Of a DNA stretch of 64,000 bases, positions 1-12,553 are shown one piece after another. Source of the stretch: Zancudomyces culisetae HAW-14-8 (taxonomy: Eukaryota; Fungi; Kickxellomycota); NCBI GenBank assembly GCA_052426225.1, contig JBNJNM010000011.1, forward strand, positions 4,774,001 through 4,838,000, in the 5' to 3' direction. A model generated the notes under the pieces. The model searched no databases, was not told the DNA's origin, and saw nothing but the letters and a program-made list of their open reading frames with translations. The translations under genes and the position numbers were made by a program. Position 1 is the stretch's first letter; each line of letters starts with the position of its first letter.

Positions 1-1854
1 ATTGACGTATCTTGGGTCAAATACTTTTTTCATTTCATTTACATATTTTTCAATCTGCAGTTTTCGTTCGTACTCTATATCTTTATCATCAGCTTTGGAT
101 TGTTTACCATCCATTGACTGCATTCCTATATGTTCGCTATTGTCCTCATCTTTACCCATTGTTCTATTAAACCTACTACCTCCACCTCCACCACCAATAC
201 CGCCACCGCTACTGTTTCCTCCTCCAATACCTCCAATACCCCCAATACCTCCAATATCATCACCTCCATACTCCAAATCCCCCTCCGTTTCTAGCGCATT
301 CAACTCTTCAAGTAACTCTTGTGCCTTCATACCCTTTACCACATCCAATTCATCGCCTGGCAACTGTTTTCCATACATAACTCCATTGATTGAGCACATT
401 CGAAAATCCATCTGGTTTCGTGTAAGGGTACCTGTTTTGTCGCTGAATATATATTCAATTTGGCCCATATCATCGGAAATACTCCAATTTCTAGGCACGC
501 ATCGTTCATCTCGCTCGGCATTGTACATATTTACGTCATTATAGATAAAAAATGCGTGTAAAATCTTGATAAATTCTATGCTCATGTACAGCGATATTGG
601 TATTATATTTTGAAAAAGCACGAGTGAGGATAAAAAGGAAGAAAGAAAGTATGTGCTTCCTTCCATTAAACCACTCAGATAAAACGCATTTTCACCTCCA
701 GAAGCGCTCCAGCTAAAGATTACTTGTGAAGATATGGCGTTTAAAAGACAGAGCGATATCAAGAAAAAAAAGTTTACGATCACATGTTTATTCATGCTCT
801 TCTCTAGTCTGCTGCGCTTAAATACAGGAGGACCCGTGTTTAGGACCACCTTTGTCTGTCTTCCAGTGTAAATTACCAATCCTATCGTCCACTCTGTATT
901 TCTTAGAACCATTCCTCTCAATAGCATGTTGTTCATGTTATAACCAACAGTTTTTGTTCTACCTTTCTCGAGAATTTTGATCTTACCATTTGCATCTTGT
1001 AGATCTGCTGTTGGGCTATCAGCTTCCGCTACCAATCGAAGTTGAACTACACCTTCAATTCCTTTGTATTCCTTAAATATATCTAGAGAGCTGCGAGATT
1101 TTAGGTTTGTTTCTCCATCCAAATCCTTTGTGTCAACAAAACAAGCGCCGTTATCATGTGCTGATGACAATATCAAGATATCTGCTGGTATCTGGTTATT
1201 TTCGGTAATGTAAATTAAATCACCCACTCGGACGTCTTTCCATTTGAAATTTCTTACTATTGGACTCCCCCCAGTAGTTTGGTTATGTATATCACTGAGC
1301 CATGTTTTTGATATGGAATTATTGTTGCTGTCAGCGTATGAGTCAAATATCGAGCCGAATATTGAACTTTGTTTTGTACATGTATTTAAAGGATCGTCTA
1401 TTATATTTTTATTGACAACGTTTTTTATCACCTTTGTTTTTATATTGTTTAGCCTATTGTCGCTGATATGTCTTCTCCAATCTTCCACTGCATCCTTGAA
1501 CGCAGTTAGTGCCAACACTGAGAGTAAGGGTAACACTGCTGCCCAAGCCGGTCCAATCTTAAAATATGGAATTAGCTGTACTATTGCCATCATTAGAAAG
1601 TATACATTTGCAAACCGCTTAAACTGCCTAAATATATTTTTAGGCAGAAAAGTAAGTAGTGTATACTGAGATGTTATTACTTCATTCGAGACATAATGGC
1701 TCATATGCGATTCTCTCTCTTCTTTTGGAACATCTACATTTAAGTACACCTTCCTTGGAGGCAACTGACTCATCTTATCCCGCGTTCTATCTCCATTGTT
1801 TTTTTTGAAAAACTTTATATACCGTGACTTTGTGTATTGTATTACTTCCTCCAT
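1..1854 (-). CDS. P4-type ATPase (phospholipid flippase, DRS2/DNF family), 5' part; runs off the window
   Basis: Manual minus-strand translation from ATG 1854 gives SNEVITSQYTLLTFLPKNIFRQFKRFANVYFL, KDAVEDWRRH, FVDTKDLDGETNLK and the phosphorylation motif GQIEYIFSDKTGTLT (~420-470). Not in the ORF track because no stop falls inside the window. Confidence 0.93.
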   Translation of the reverse strand, partial: MEEVIQYTKSRYIKFFKKNNGDRTRDKMSQLPPRKVYLNVDVPKEERESHMSHYVSNEVITSQYTLLTFLPKNIFRQFKRFANVYFLMMAIVQLIPYFKIGPAWAAVLPLLSVLALTAFKDAVEDWRRHISDNRLNNIKTKVIKNVVNKNIIDDPLNTCTKQSSIFGSIFDSYADSNNNSISKTWLSDIHNQTTGGSPIVRNFKWKDVRVGDLIYITENNQIPADILILSSAHDNGACFVDTKDLDGETNLKSRSSLDIFKEYKGIEGVVQLRLVAEADSPTADLQDANGKIKILEKGRTKTVGYNMNNMLLRGMVLRNTEWTIGLVIYTGRQTKVVLNTGPPVFKRSRLEKSMNKHVIVNFFFLISLCLLNAISSQVIFSWSASGGENAFYLSGLMEGSTYFLSSFLSSLVLFQNIIPISLYMSIEFIKILHAFFIYNDVNMYNAERDERCVPRNWSISDDMGQIEYIFSDKTGTLTRNQMDFRMCSINGVMYGKQLPGDELDVVKGMKAQELLEELNALETEGDLEYGGDDIGGIGGIGGIGGGNSSGGGIGGGGGGSRFNRTMGKDEDNSEHIGMQSMDGKQSKADDKDIEYERKLQIEKYVNEMKKVFDPRYVN

Positions 1855-3806
1855 TATTAAAATCCTTCGATCCTTCAACCCTTCAATTCTTTAATTATCA
1901 CTAAATTTACACTTTTTATCTTTGTGTTTGTCTTTTGACTTAATCCGCTACTATATATTTAATCTGGTAAGATACATAGTTTTATTTGACTGACAAAATA
2001 GTGTATTTTTTAGTATATGATGGATACATATACTTGGATTTTAAATCCCTATGTTTCCGTCAGTTATATCTACTCACTGCTTTGGTATGATTATTTGTGG
2101 ATATTAAAACAATTACTATACTTATTCTTTTCATTAACCCAATACCTATTATATACCACTTACAAACTGTTTGAAATTAAGATATCTAATTTTTCATAAA
2201 CCTTATTTAAAGGTAAATTCTTGATTCTTAAACTACCTTCTCTTCTAGCTGAGATACTCGTCATTCTTTTGACGATACATTGTCATTTAACATCCCAAAA
2301 GATATTTCTGATAGAAAGATTCTCTTTTGTTTTGAAAAGCTAATTGCTCTACAAGCCTTAGTAGTTCGAAAGTCACATAGTTAGCAATTATTTATTTTGG
2401 CATACTGAGACATCATAAAATTTTACATTTGAGCTTTTTACTTTTATTCTCCTCTACTTGAGAATATGTAATAATGTAGTGGTTTTTCATCGTTTTTAAT
2501 AATTTATCACACATCCTTATTAAATAATTCGCACAAGAAAAAAAAACCATCAATACACCTGGTGGAGAATAATCCTCTATCTGCACGTTTTTACTCACAC
2601 ACATTTACAACGCAAAAAATAGAATAAACATATAAATGTAGTTCTATGCGAACTTTTGCGCAACTGTTTTTTCCGTTAATTATAAAAAAGAAGGGATAAG
2701 GTAGACATTTGCTACATTTGTATTTGAGGGAAGCTCAGGCCATTTATTACTAAACGCCGCAAGTAACGCTTGTTTGTTAGCACTTTAAATTTTCCCATTA
2801 CATTTTATATGTAAATAAACGACTCAGCAGCTCAATAAAACACTTTTAGCCTATGGATACTTCCACCTGTTACGTTTTTGTACAGGTATGATGAGATTTT
2901 TCTCGTTTCATACTTGGAGCCACCCAAATAAATGTGTTAATCAGGATCTAGCTCCTTTTTTGCTGTAATATTCCAAAAAGTTACTAAACTGTGGATGAGA
3001 GACTTGCTTGTCGTATTAAAACCAAAACTTTTTAAAAATCATAGGATCCAGCTAAAACACGAGCAAAGTCGTGGTTTTAACTTTGTTCATTTCTATGTAC
3101 AGGTGGAAACGCATGGTACGTGGCATGGGTATATGTAGATCTTGACACCAAGGATAGTGTAAATATAGACGTTCTGAAGTCTACAAGTTACACCAAAGTT
3201 TTAGCGGGCATAATACTGTTTCATTTAAGAAGTGCATAACACATATTTATATTTTTCAAAATCAAAACCAAGAATTAAACGCGTTTTTTGGTTTAAAACA
3301 ACATAAACTCATGCTCTAGCTGGGTCATTTCGTACAAAAAATATATAAGCATCTTGCTTGAAGACGGTTTATTCAGTTCACCAAAGTTCGAGCACAAACA
3401 ACACACACCCTCTCCTTCTTGCCGGATTAAAATAGGGAAGAACTGTACTCGTTTTTACAATACCGATAACAAGATTTTGTACCATAGTCAGGGCCTTCCA
3501 GACTGACCGAAAGGTTTAGATATATCATACTAAGTATTAAATTTGTGAATGCCTCGAAGACCAGTCAAGATAGAGTCTTAATAAAACAAATAGAAAAACT
3601 TTGTCTGGTTTAGCAAACCAATACTAACCAAACTTTAGCTTTCAGCAATATCGAAAAGGGCTTTGACACCAAGGTGTTAGTCTTCGAGACAAATTTAATA
3701 GTAAAAATTATCAATTAGTATGGCTAGCTAATATACTGGAAAATAATGGCAGAGACAACTGACACATTGCCGTTAAAGTTATTATGTAAAAAATACCCCT
3801 ATTTAA

Positions 3807-4683
3807 CTACAAGTTTTTGATGGTGAATTCCAAATAGGTATTATAATCGAGAGTTACTTTCCCAGTGTTCGACTTGTCGAGTTGTTTGAATGAATCGGTC
3901 AGAGTCTTGATTGTTACGCAGATATAAATAAATCTATCAAAACTGACAGAATCTCTGGGCGGTTGCTGTGGTGGTGGCATCCCGAATCCACCTGGTCCTT
4001 GCATGCCCCACGAGCCTCCGCCTTGTTGCGGAAGTCCGCCGTACCTGGTTTTGGGACCATCCAAAATATTTACTTTTTTAACAACCATATCGATCACTTG
4101 TCTAGAAACAGGGATTCCAAATTGCCTCAATGCGTTGTCCAATTCTCCTTTATCAATTGTTCCGCTATTATCTCGATCGAAGGCACGGAAACATTTCTTC
4201 CATTCCTCAATGTATTTCCACAAGCCTTTAAACTCATTGAAGTCAATAGTTCCACTCATATCCCGATCAAACATGCCAACCATCAATCGCACCGTCTCCA
4301 TGCTAAATGGACTCCAATCGCCGTTTATCAGTGCTCTCTGCAGCTCATGTGCATCTATTGCACCACTTTGGTCTCTATTTTATGTTTTGTTTTTATTGTT
4401 TATGTTAAATGCGAATTTACTCAAAAAACACTACATGCTTTATAAATGGAAATACTTACGTATCCACCGCTCGAAACCAGGAGTATAATTCCTGATCATT
4501 AGCTTGCTGCGGTCTATATCCCCCTCCCTGTACCTGCATCTGGCCTTGAGTCTGGCCCTGTCCATATCCATACCCATATCCTCCGCCCATTTGTTGTTGT
4601 TGTGGTGGTGGTGGTCTTCCATATCCCCCTTGTCCACCGCCTTGCTGTGGTGGTGGTGGTCTTCCGTATCCTCCTCCGTACAT
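3807..4683 (-). CDS. PEF1: Penta-EF-hand protein (peflin/ALG-2/Pef1 family), 2 exons: 4683-4460, 4374-3807
   Basis: Gly/Pro/Gln/Tyr-rich N-terminus. GTAAGT...TAG intron 4459-4375 joins AVDT|DQSGAIDAHEL in frame. EF hands DRDMSGTIDFNE and DRDNSGTIDKGE. Confidence 0.9.
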
Positions 4684-7351
4684 TTTTTACCTAAATGTTT
4701 TGTTTGCTTTTTTGGTTTGATTGTTTTCGTTAAAATTAAATTTCCAATTTAAGGAAAAGAGTATCTAAATAATATATAAAAATATGAATCTGGGCTGCGT
4801 ATATTTGCTTTGGGATGTGCTGTTACATTACTATTTTTATTGGTAGTTGCGACAACTTTTTTAACCACCATTTCCTCCTCCCCTTAACTTGGCTATTGCT
4901 ATGCCGCGACTCTTCCCAATTATCAAATTTTACAGGAATAATTGGGAAGAATCGCGGCATAGCAATAGCCAAGTTTGTTTTATTTGTTATTGGAGGTGGG
5001 TTTCAGATGACCACACAAAAAATTGTTCATTTCATGTGAACCACCCGCACCTGCGAACATCTGCTATCTTGGCACTTTTCAATGTACAAGTTTTCATGCA
5101 TTTTCCTTTTGGTTAACTTGATTGGCTTTTTAAATATGTAGGGTTCTGGGAAAAGCCCATACATTTTTTTTAAATACTTTTTTCCATTTGATGAATTTAT
5201 TAGCAGGCTTATGGTCAAAAATAAAAAAGTATGGCAGAAAATGTTTTTTTATCTAGATGCACTTACCAAGCCAAAGGAACAAGGGAAAGGAGTATGCAAT
5301 GAGCTTTTGCTGTTTAACTGAATGTTATTACATACACTTATGGTGTCCATAATATTTGTATAAAATTCTGTAGATACGCTCACCGTTCTTGTGGTTTTAG
5401 CTGCAATAACCCAAGCTAAGTTTACTTGAAGAACATCTTTATTCTGTCAAACAAAATACTATTTATATAATGTACTTATAAATGTTGCAGCTATGTGTAT
5501 GTATTTTGCATTTGAAAGTGCTTGTCCAAGTATATATTTTTTTAGAATGTTTTGGTGGGAGTGGGGACTATGGCGTAGAATTTATGAAAAAACAGACCAC
5601 TTTTCCGTCATTGGCATTACACCGTATAGTAGCAAAAGGAATACAACAACAACAGAAACAAATCTTCTCTTTTTAGGCATGAAGTGGATGAGAGAGATAA
5701 TTGTGTAGAGTTTTTATTTGAGAACTAACCAGTTGGGGAGTTCATTTATATCTTTTATGTGAAAGTTCAATCTTCCCTGCCGAGCACATGCTTGTTAGTC
5801 GCTACGGGTGAATATCACGTCTACTAATTTTAGTTCTCATCAAAATACATGGCACTAGCCAATGAAATAAAAATAGAGATTTTTAGTATCTGGCTCAGGA
5901 ATTGTAAATTACAATCACACTTTGATATATTCATTCACAAAACCACATTTTTTACCATCAATGGAACAACAGTTCAGGCGTGACACATAGCATAGGCTTC
6001 TTAAAAATTGAGCGTGCCATTTTCAAACTCTCTTTTCCAACTCTGAGCATTTAGGCCAATTCTCTATTCAATTACATTTTGTAGCTACTAAAGTGTAACA
6101 AGTTTCCATCCACTTAGCCCAAGCATAGGGCATCACAATAAGCTTAGAAAATATGTTACAAAGAAGGTAACATAATTATTTTTTGCATACCTGCTCAGAC
6201 TTCAAAGGAACATGATAAAATCAGCAGTTTATAAAATACAATCAAACGCAGTGGAAACAAATATCATTTAGAATAGAGGAATACGTTGATAAAAAACTTG
6301 CGCTTTATCTGTTACAACTGTACTTTTCGCATGAGAAACCCCGTTATGTTCCTCCCAACCTCATGTTCTCCCAGTTATCTAAACACTGCACCCCAAGCTT
6401 AATGAGACAGTTAAGAGTGCTGATTTTTTTATAAAAAAAAAACCCACACACTGCGCTGCATCTTGAGTTCGCGTTTTATGTGGAATAGGCCAAAACTGAC
6501 ATATTTTGGTTCGAGTGTTTCCCGACCACCAAAAGAAAGTCTTGATGCTTTACCTATTTTCAAAGTTGGTCTTTGCCAGTGTCATCAGGAAAGCATATTA
6601 TGACAAAAAAATTTTGTGAGCTGAAATATTGATATGTTTAAACAAGCAGATAATGAGCGTGCATAAATATTATAGAAAATGTCAGGTGTTGCAAGATAAG
6701 TAAAGTGTTATTGCAGAAAAATTCTTTTTTTTAATAGTGTTTTGTGTGGCATTTATTTGTTATCAAACCTCGCTATGACAAAACACATGTTTTTTGGTGT
6801 AAACAACACATCCCAGTAGTATAGGAGAAAAGTTTTGAATTTTTCCAATACATATTCTGGTTGCACAATTCTTAATAGGTGCCGAATAACAAATCAATCT
6901 ATTTCGACTTCAAACCCCAGCAATATTAGCTAATGAAATGGCACCATAGTTTATTTAGTGTTGCAAAAAAATATTGTTGTATAATGTAATCTCGTCTACT
7001 TTGTGAAACATTATAAGAGGGCTTTGTTTAGTGTTTCTAAATATTTTACAAACTTTGAGGGCTAATCGAAAAATTATATAGCCATTGGCTAAAAAACCAG
7101 TGGATTGGGTTTAATCAAAACAAAAAATTGTAAATCATCTGATGATAATTAAAAGGGTTTATAAATGATAGGTGAAGATTGAGCATTTATAAACCGCAGA
7201 TAAATGAATTCGCAATCAATAAATTTACTGCGATTCGTGGAGGTGCTGTAGAGAAAACAAGATGGCACAGTTTCTCATACCTCTCCCCACAACATTGGGG
7301 CAATAGCTGGAGACTGGGGGCGGGGGCGAGGTTAAAGGTGGAGATGCAAAC

Positions 7352-7460
7352 AAGAATGAGAATTAGAATGGAGTTGAGTGTGAGTGTGAGTGTGCGGATG
7401 AGGATGAGGATGAAGATGAGGTTAGCGATAAGGGTAAGGATGAGGATGAGGATGAGGATT
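7352..7460. repeat. Degenerate hexamer microsatellite (ATGAGG/GTGAGT)n
   Basis: Visible ATGAGGATGAGG and GTGAGTGTGAGT runs; explains the RMRMRM ORF 7179-7463. Confidence 0.8.
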
Positions 7461-8683
7461 TAGTATACCTTGAATCAAAAATATTGGAAGTAACGATAGA
7501 GAAACTAATAAGTAATTATAACAAAGGCAAGCCAAAGTGTGAAAAAGATCCCCTTTGAATGACAAAAAAAGAATTGATCGGATATACAGGCGACCCCAAT
7601 GCCACATGTACGACTTTGTTTGAGGCACACAACACATGTTATTGCGTCATTCATATTCACAAGTGGAGTGTGAGTAGAAACACTTGTGTTTATACATATA
7701 CATATACAGCCACCTGTAGACAGAAAGGTCTAGTTTGTTGGTAAAATATTATGGGAGTTTTTAGGTCTTTAAAAGTTAGAAACAATGGCGGAAATTTTTT
7801 TTTTAAACAGTAGCAGTGGAAGTGAGGCTTGGAATAAAGGATGTTTTGTTTTCGATTTGGTAGGTAATATGTGCCCAACTCTCTCTTTTGAAAATAAATG
7901 TGCTACTATCACCATATCATAATAGTTGACGAGCTTTTCTATTCATCATTTCACAAATTTAATAAAACAATTTAATTTAGTAAATCCAGTAATGTTGATA
8001 TTTCAATAAAGCGGGTTTTTTTTTATTGCAATGTAGCTACGGTTTTTACCATTTATTTTTTTTTTCCTTTACCAGAAACCGAGGATAATTAGATAATAGG
8101 CAAATATTCTCCAATTTTGCTAGGTTAGTATCAAATAAAAAGGTTTTCATTGAAACAGTAAATATTCAGAGAACAGAATCACTATTCAACTAAGAGTAAC
8201 AATTTTGGTTAAATTAGCAAGCTTTTTGATAAAACATTTGTTATGTAATTTATAGAGGCAGTTTGTAACTTGGTTCGACTCAACAAGATAATGAAATCAA
8301 TATTTTTTGAGTTCATTTTACCGAGATTATGTAATTATAGGTAATATAAATACATCGCCAAAAATAGAATCGTTAAATTAGTAAAATTCGTTAAAGAGAG
8401 AAGGATTTTGCAAATTTTAAATACGAATTGGTTTAATACTTTTGGTCAAGCAAGTTGGATGCAAATAGAAATAAAGAGGTTAATATAATATATTATAGCT
8501 CATTATAATAAATTATAATAAACTTCGATTTAATAAAATACAATATAATAATATAACGGTTTGGATAGGCCTTGCATTACAATTGCATCGTTTTGTAGAA
8601 TATTGTATGTACTTTTGACACAATAAAAAATACAGAAAAAAAGTACACATAACGCGAAACCATAAACACTTGATAACGCAATA

Positions 8684-10744
8684 ATGTCTGTAGAGGTCGG
8701 GGTTGCACTGTCCAGGCTAGACATCAGAGATAAAAGTGGGAAGGAGCTAGGAAGGGACAATACTTTTGAATACAACAGAGAAGATTTAGTAACGGACAAA
8801 AAAAAAAGTACAAAAACAAGAGAAAGGGTGTATTTGGTTGGTGGGAAAGAGGTGGAAGAACAACCTGAAGCAAGATCTATGACACTAACATGGCAAGACG
8901 GCACCAGAGTACAGCAGAGTGCACAACGTGAAAGTGGTAATAGTGGTAATAGTGGCAATAGTGGCAATAGTGGCAATAGTGGCAATAGTGGCAATAGTGG
9001 CAATAGTGGTAATAGTGGTAATAGTGGTAATAGTGCGAAGAGCAACAGTAGAAAGAGCAATAATGAAAGTCGAAGCAGTGAAAGCAGAAGCATGCTGGGG
9101 GGAAGAGATGGCGCAGAAGTAAATCTGGATAGATCTACAAGTAAAGGAACGACGGTTACATTAATAAACGGCGAAAGACAAAGAATGGGAGAATCCTCCA
9201 TTATCGAAAGCAAGTTGACAAAGTTTAAAAAGAATGTAGGAAAGGCCATATTATCTATGGTAGATTCATCCTCAAATAAGAGGATGGAAATATCAAACCC
9301 ATATAATGCGATTCATATAACACATGTTGGAGTGAACAAGGACACAGGTGAGTATGTGGGATTACCGCGAGAGTGGCAAGAAATTTTAAGATCTGCTGGA
9401 ATAAGCGATAAGGAGCAGGAGAAAAACAAACATGTTATGGTTGAGGTTATGCAGTTTTACACCGAAAACAGCGAAAAATACGACACTTATAATTATAGTT
9501 ATAAAAATGACAACAATATCAATATTTCTCGCGGTGTCACTATAAAGAGTGAAAAAAGGGTCAAAAGAAATAGCACAATAGTTGAGAATAAGAGAAATAG
9601 TGATGTTGAACCTATTATGAATAAAATCAAAGATAAATCAAACTATAGAAAAATGAAACTGAAGTTGCAGCAGCAGCAGCAACAACAACAGCAACATAGA
9701 GAAAATGAACCACAAAGACAGATACAGCAACAATACCAGCAACAGGACGCTTACAATAAAATCCAACCTCAACAACAATCACGTAGAGTTTTGAGAAGCG
9801 ATCAAGCACCTATAATTAATCTTCAAAACTCATATTTGGATGAGCTTTCAAAGTACTGTGCTGTTTTAGAAAACCCTAATAGTAAATATTCAGGTTATAA
9901 AAAAATTGGACAAGGAGCATCGGGTGGTGTATTTATAGCTACTGACATGATGGTGAGGACGATAGTGGCGATTAAACAGATGAACATCGCTGCTCAGCCA
10001 AAGCCAGAGTTGCTTGTAAATGAGATCAAAACAATGTGTCAGCTTAACAAAGCTAATAGCAATAATATAGTTCGATTATACCAAGCGTTTTTGACAAATT
10101 GCAACACAGAGGTATGGTTGTCCATGGAATATATGGACGGCGGAAGTCTTACCAAAATTATAGCTTCGAATTTATTGAACGAACGTCAAATTGCAACCAT
10201 CACCCGTGAAGTTCTTCAGGGTCTTGTGTCTTTGCATACAATTGGTGTTATTCACCGTGACATTAAGTCTGATAATATTCTTTTAAACACGAGCGGCCAG
10301 GTTAAATTATCAGACTTTGGATTTTCATCACCTATAACTAATTGCGATAACCTTATAAACTACAATAATCGAGCTACTATGGTTGGAACTCCCTATTGGA
10401 TGGCTCCCGAAATAATCACAAAAAAAGCCTACTCTACCAAAATTGATATTTGGTCTTTGGGAATTTTGTGCATTGAAATGGTCGATGGTGAACCCCCATA
10501 TCTTCGCGAGAATCCTCTTCGTGCTCTTTATTTAATCGCCACAAATCCCCTACCACCTTCAACCTCCACTCGCGCTTACGCCAAACTTACTCCATATTTC
10601 AAATCCTTCTTTTCCCTTATACTGCAGATTGACCCAGCAGCTCGACATGATGCTGTAGCTCTACTTTCTCATCCGTTCATTTCTAAGATTTCTACAAACC
10701 TTTCTGTGCTAATCCCTCTTGTTACTAAGGCTATTAGCACATAA
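8684..10744 (+). CDS. STE20: PAK/Ste20 serine/threonine kinase with CRIB domain
   Basis: CRIB (EISNPYNAIHITHVG...GLPREW); kinase motifs GQGASGGV, VAIKQM, HRDIKSDN, DFG, GTPYWMAPE; C-terminal G-beta-binding-like LSVLIPLV. Confidence 0.95.
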   Translation: MSVEVGVALSRLDIRDKSGKELGRDNTFEYNREDLVTDKKKSTKTRERVYLVGGKEVEEQPEARSMTLTWQDGTRVQQSAQRESGNSGNSGNSGNSGNSGNSGNSGNSGNSGNSGNSAKSNSRKSNNESRSSESRSMLGGRDGAEVNLDRSTSKGTTVTLINGERQRMGESSIIESKLTKFKKNVGKAILSMVDSSSNKRMEISNPYNAIHITHVGVNKDTGEYVGLPREWQEILRSAGISDKEQEKNKHVMVEVMQFYTENSEKYDTYNYSYKNDNNINISRGVTIKSEKRVKRNSTIVENKRNSDVEPIMNKIKDKSNYRKMKLKLQQQQQQQQQHRENEPQRQIQQQYQQQDAYNKIQPQQQSRRVLRSDQAPIINLQNSYLDELSKYCAVLENPNSKYSGYKKIGQGASGGVFIATDMMVRTIVAIKQMNIAAQPKPELLVNEIKTMCQLNKANSNNIVRLYQAFLTNCNTEVWLSMEYMDGGSLTKIIASNLLNERQIATITREVLQGLVSLHTIGVIHRDIKSDNILLNTSGQVKLSDFGFSSPITNCDNLINYNNRATMVGTPYWMAPEIITKKAYSTKIDIWSLGILCIEMVDGEPPYLRENPLRALYLIATNPLPPSTSTRAYAKLTPYFKSFFSLILQIDPAARHDAVALLSHPFISKISTNLSVLIPLVTKAIST
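8933..9031 (+). repeat. Coding minisatellite (AGTGGYAAT)x11 encoding (SGN)11 in STE20
   Basis: 11 tandem 9-bp units counted directly. Confidence 0.95.
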
Positions 10745-12103
10745 CTCGCGCTGTTTATATAACACCCCTCCCTCTATTTTTAAACCATTTTTTGGATTAT
10801 TATTAGCATTTTTTCCCTGTAGAGATATTGTATTTTCTTAGACAACTTCCCCTCCCCTCCCCTCTAATATTTTTTTTTCCCAAAAAATAAATCTCGTTTG
10901 ACTTCGTGGTGATATTGCAAGTCATAATTAAATGAATGTATAAACTGTTTTACATAATTTACTGGATGAACCTCAAGCTCAACAAAAATTGATTGTGGTC
11001 CCAATGAATTGCATGCCGCACATCCTGCTAACAAAGGAAGACAAGAATACAAACATGAATTGGCAGTCTTATACTTTGCTCACTCTACCCTCACACGACC
11101 CTCATCCCCACGGAATTCTATCCTTCTGTCATTTTTATCACATTTATATTTCATACTGTGTGTAGTGGAGGCGTTGAGTTGTCGCCAAAAAAATATAATA
11201 ATAACTGAATTCTGGAAACACAAAAGCAATGCCGAAATATTAAGTTTACTATTCAACTAATACATTAATGTTAGCCGAGGCTTTTTTTAATTTGGTTACT
11301 TTATTATCCGAAAAACTAAACATAAAAAATACCAATTAAACTGTCACCCTCCGTATATTAGCAACAATATTAACTCAGTTCTAGATTACACTTTTGGCTG
11401 AGAAACAAAAAAAAATAGAGAATCCCCAAACCCAAAGCCAACTACGACAGGTAAAATGTATACCAAATCCTTACTTACTAGTGTCACTGCTACATTCAAG
11501 ACAAAACTCCTACTCTAAAAAAATGCTTTATTTAGTTCAAAAAAAGCTGTCTAACGCCCCTTATCTATATCTTGGTGGTTAGTTTGTTGATTATAAGTTT
11601 GAAAAAAAAAATTCGCGCAATATATGCGGGTATCAACTAAAGTAATAAAGGTTCGTGAGGTGTATGAGAATGAATTTCCCAATTCGAGCAAAGAAGAATT
11701 GCAAAAATAGTTTCTCAGAAAAACGCCCGCACTGTCCTACCATGAGCCAACATACTACCATTGGTCACTGTATGTAATTTAAGCGCATCTACATACCACA
11801 TATTTTTAACTATTTTTGAAATGTAGCAGGAATAACAGCTTGGCTAGGCAAGTCGAATATTCAACCAATTATCCTGATGATCTAGTATCAAGATTCCATA
11901 ATGATAGCCAAAAAAAGAACAAAACCCACTGCCTTTGGCATTAGAGAGTTCAAATTTGAGGTTTTAGTAACAATATTGTTTTTTTATATTCAATCTGAAA
12001 AATTTACTCATTAATATCCAAAGGAGTATATTATTAGGTTGACCTAATAGAAGCAACAAAAAGGTTAGCATATGAAAATAAAAAACAGAATAAAATATAA
12101 ACA

Positions 12104-12553
12104 ATGCTATCGGTTCGATTAATGCTAATGGCACACCTGCTGCTATCGAGTTATTATACCCTTGGAAGGTTCATAGGATGTAGCTTTAGCGGACGGTTGG
12201 TCACAAACATTACTAAGCCCAATAAAGTATATATTCATTTAAAAAAAGATGGAACATCGATCTGTCATCGATGGATGGACATGAAACCATTGTACCCAAA
12301 AAGCACTGGTGTCAATCGCCCATTTTCTGCTAGGATTGGCGACTTGGAGCTTAGGTTCGGCAAGGAAAAATATTACTTTTACTTTTTAAAAAGTGTTGGT
12401 ACTAACAAGCAATCTTATTCAATGGTATACAACTATACCGAAGTGAACACTAAGAACTGCAAAAACTTACCTCTCTCTGGGTGTACGTTTTCTGCACAAC
12501 TCCGCGGCAAGTTCAAAATAAACGATAGTACGGATACAAACCTCCACATTTGA
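12104..12553 (+). CDS. Hypothetical small protein, possibly secreted (149 aa)
   Basis: A-rich start context (AAACAATG), hydrophobic N-terminal ~21 aa, 4 Cys, isolated ORF in AT-rich DNA. No recognised domain. Confidence 0.55.
   Translation: MLSVRLMLMAHLLLSSYYTLGRFIGCSFSGRLVTNITKPNKVYIHLKKDGTSICHRWMDMKPLYPKSTGVNRPFSARIGDLELRFGKEKYYFYFLKSVGTNKQSYSMVYNYTEVNTKNCKNLPLSGCTFSAQLRGKFKINDSTDTNLHI

Noticed and set aside
2-544. Pro-rich 180-aa plus-strand ORF (also 1244-1669)
   Set aside because: Antisense shadow of the P4-ATPase and its Gly-rich insert.
6505-6530. GGTTCGA T-loop-like motifs (also ~8272) as tRNA or tRNA-Sec
   Set aside because: No cloverleaf pairing around them.
7179-7463. ORF with RMRMRM tail
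   Set aside because: Produced by a hexamer microsatellite; non-ATG start.
8530-9249. 239-aa (LLP)n ORF
   Set aside because: Antisense reading of the SGN repeat in STE20.
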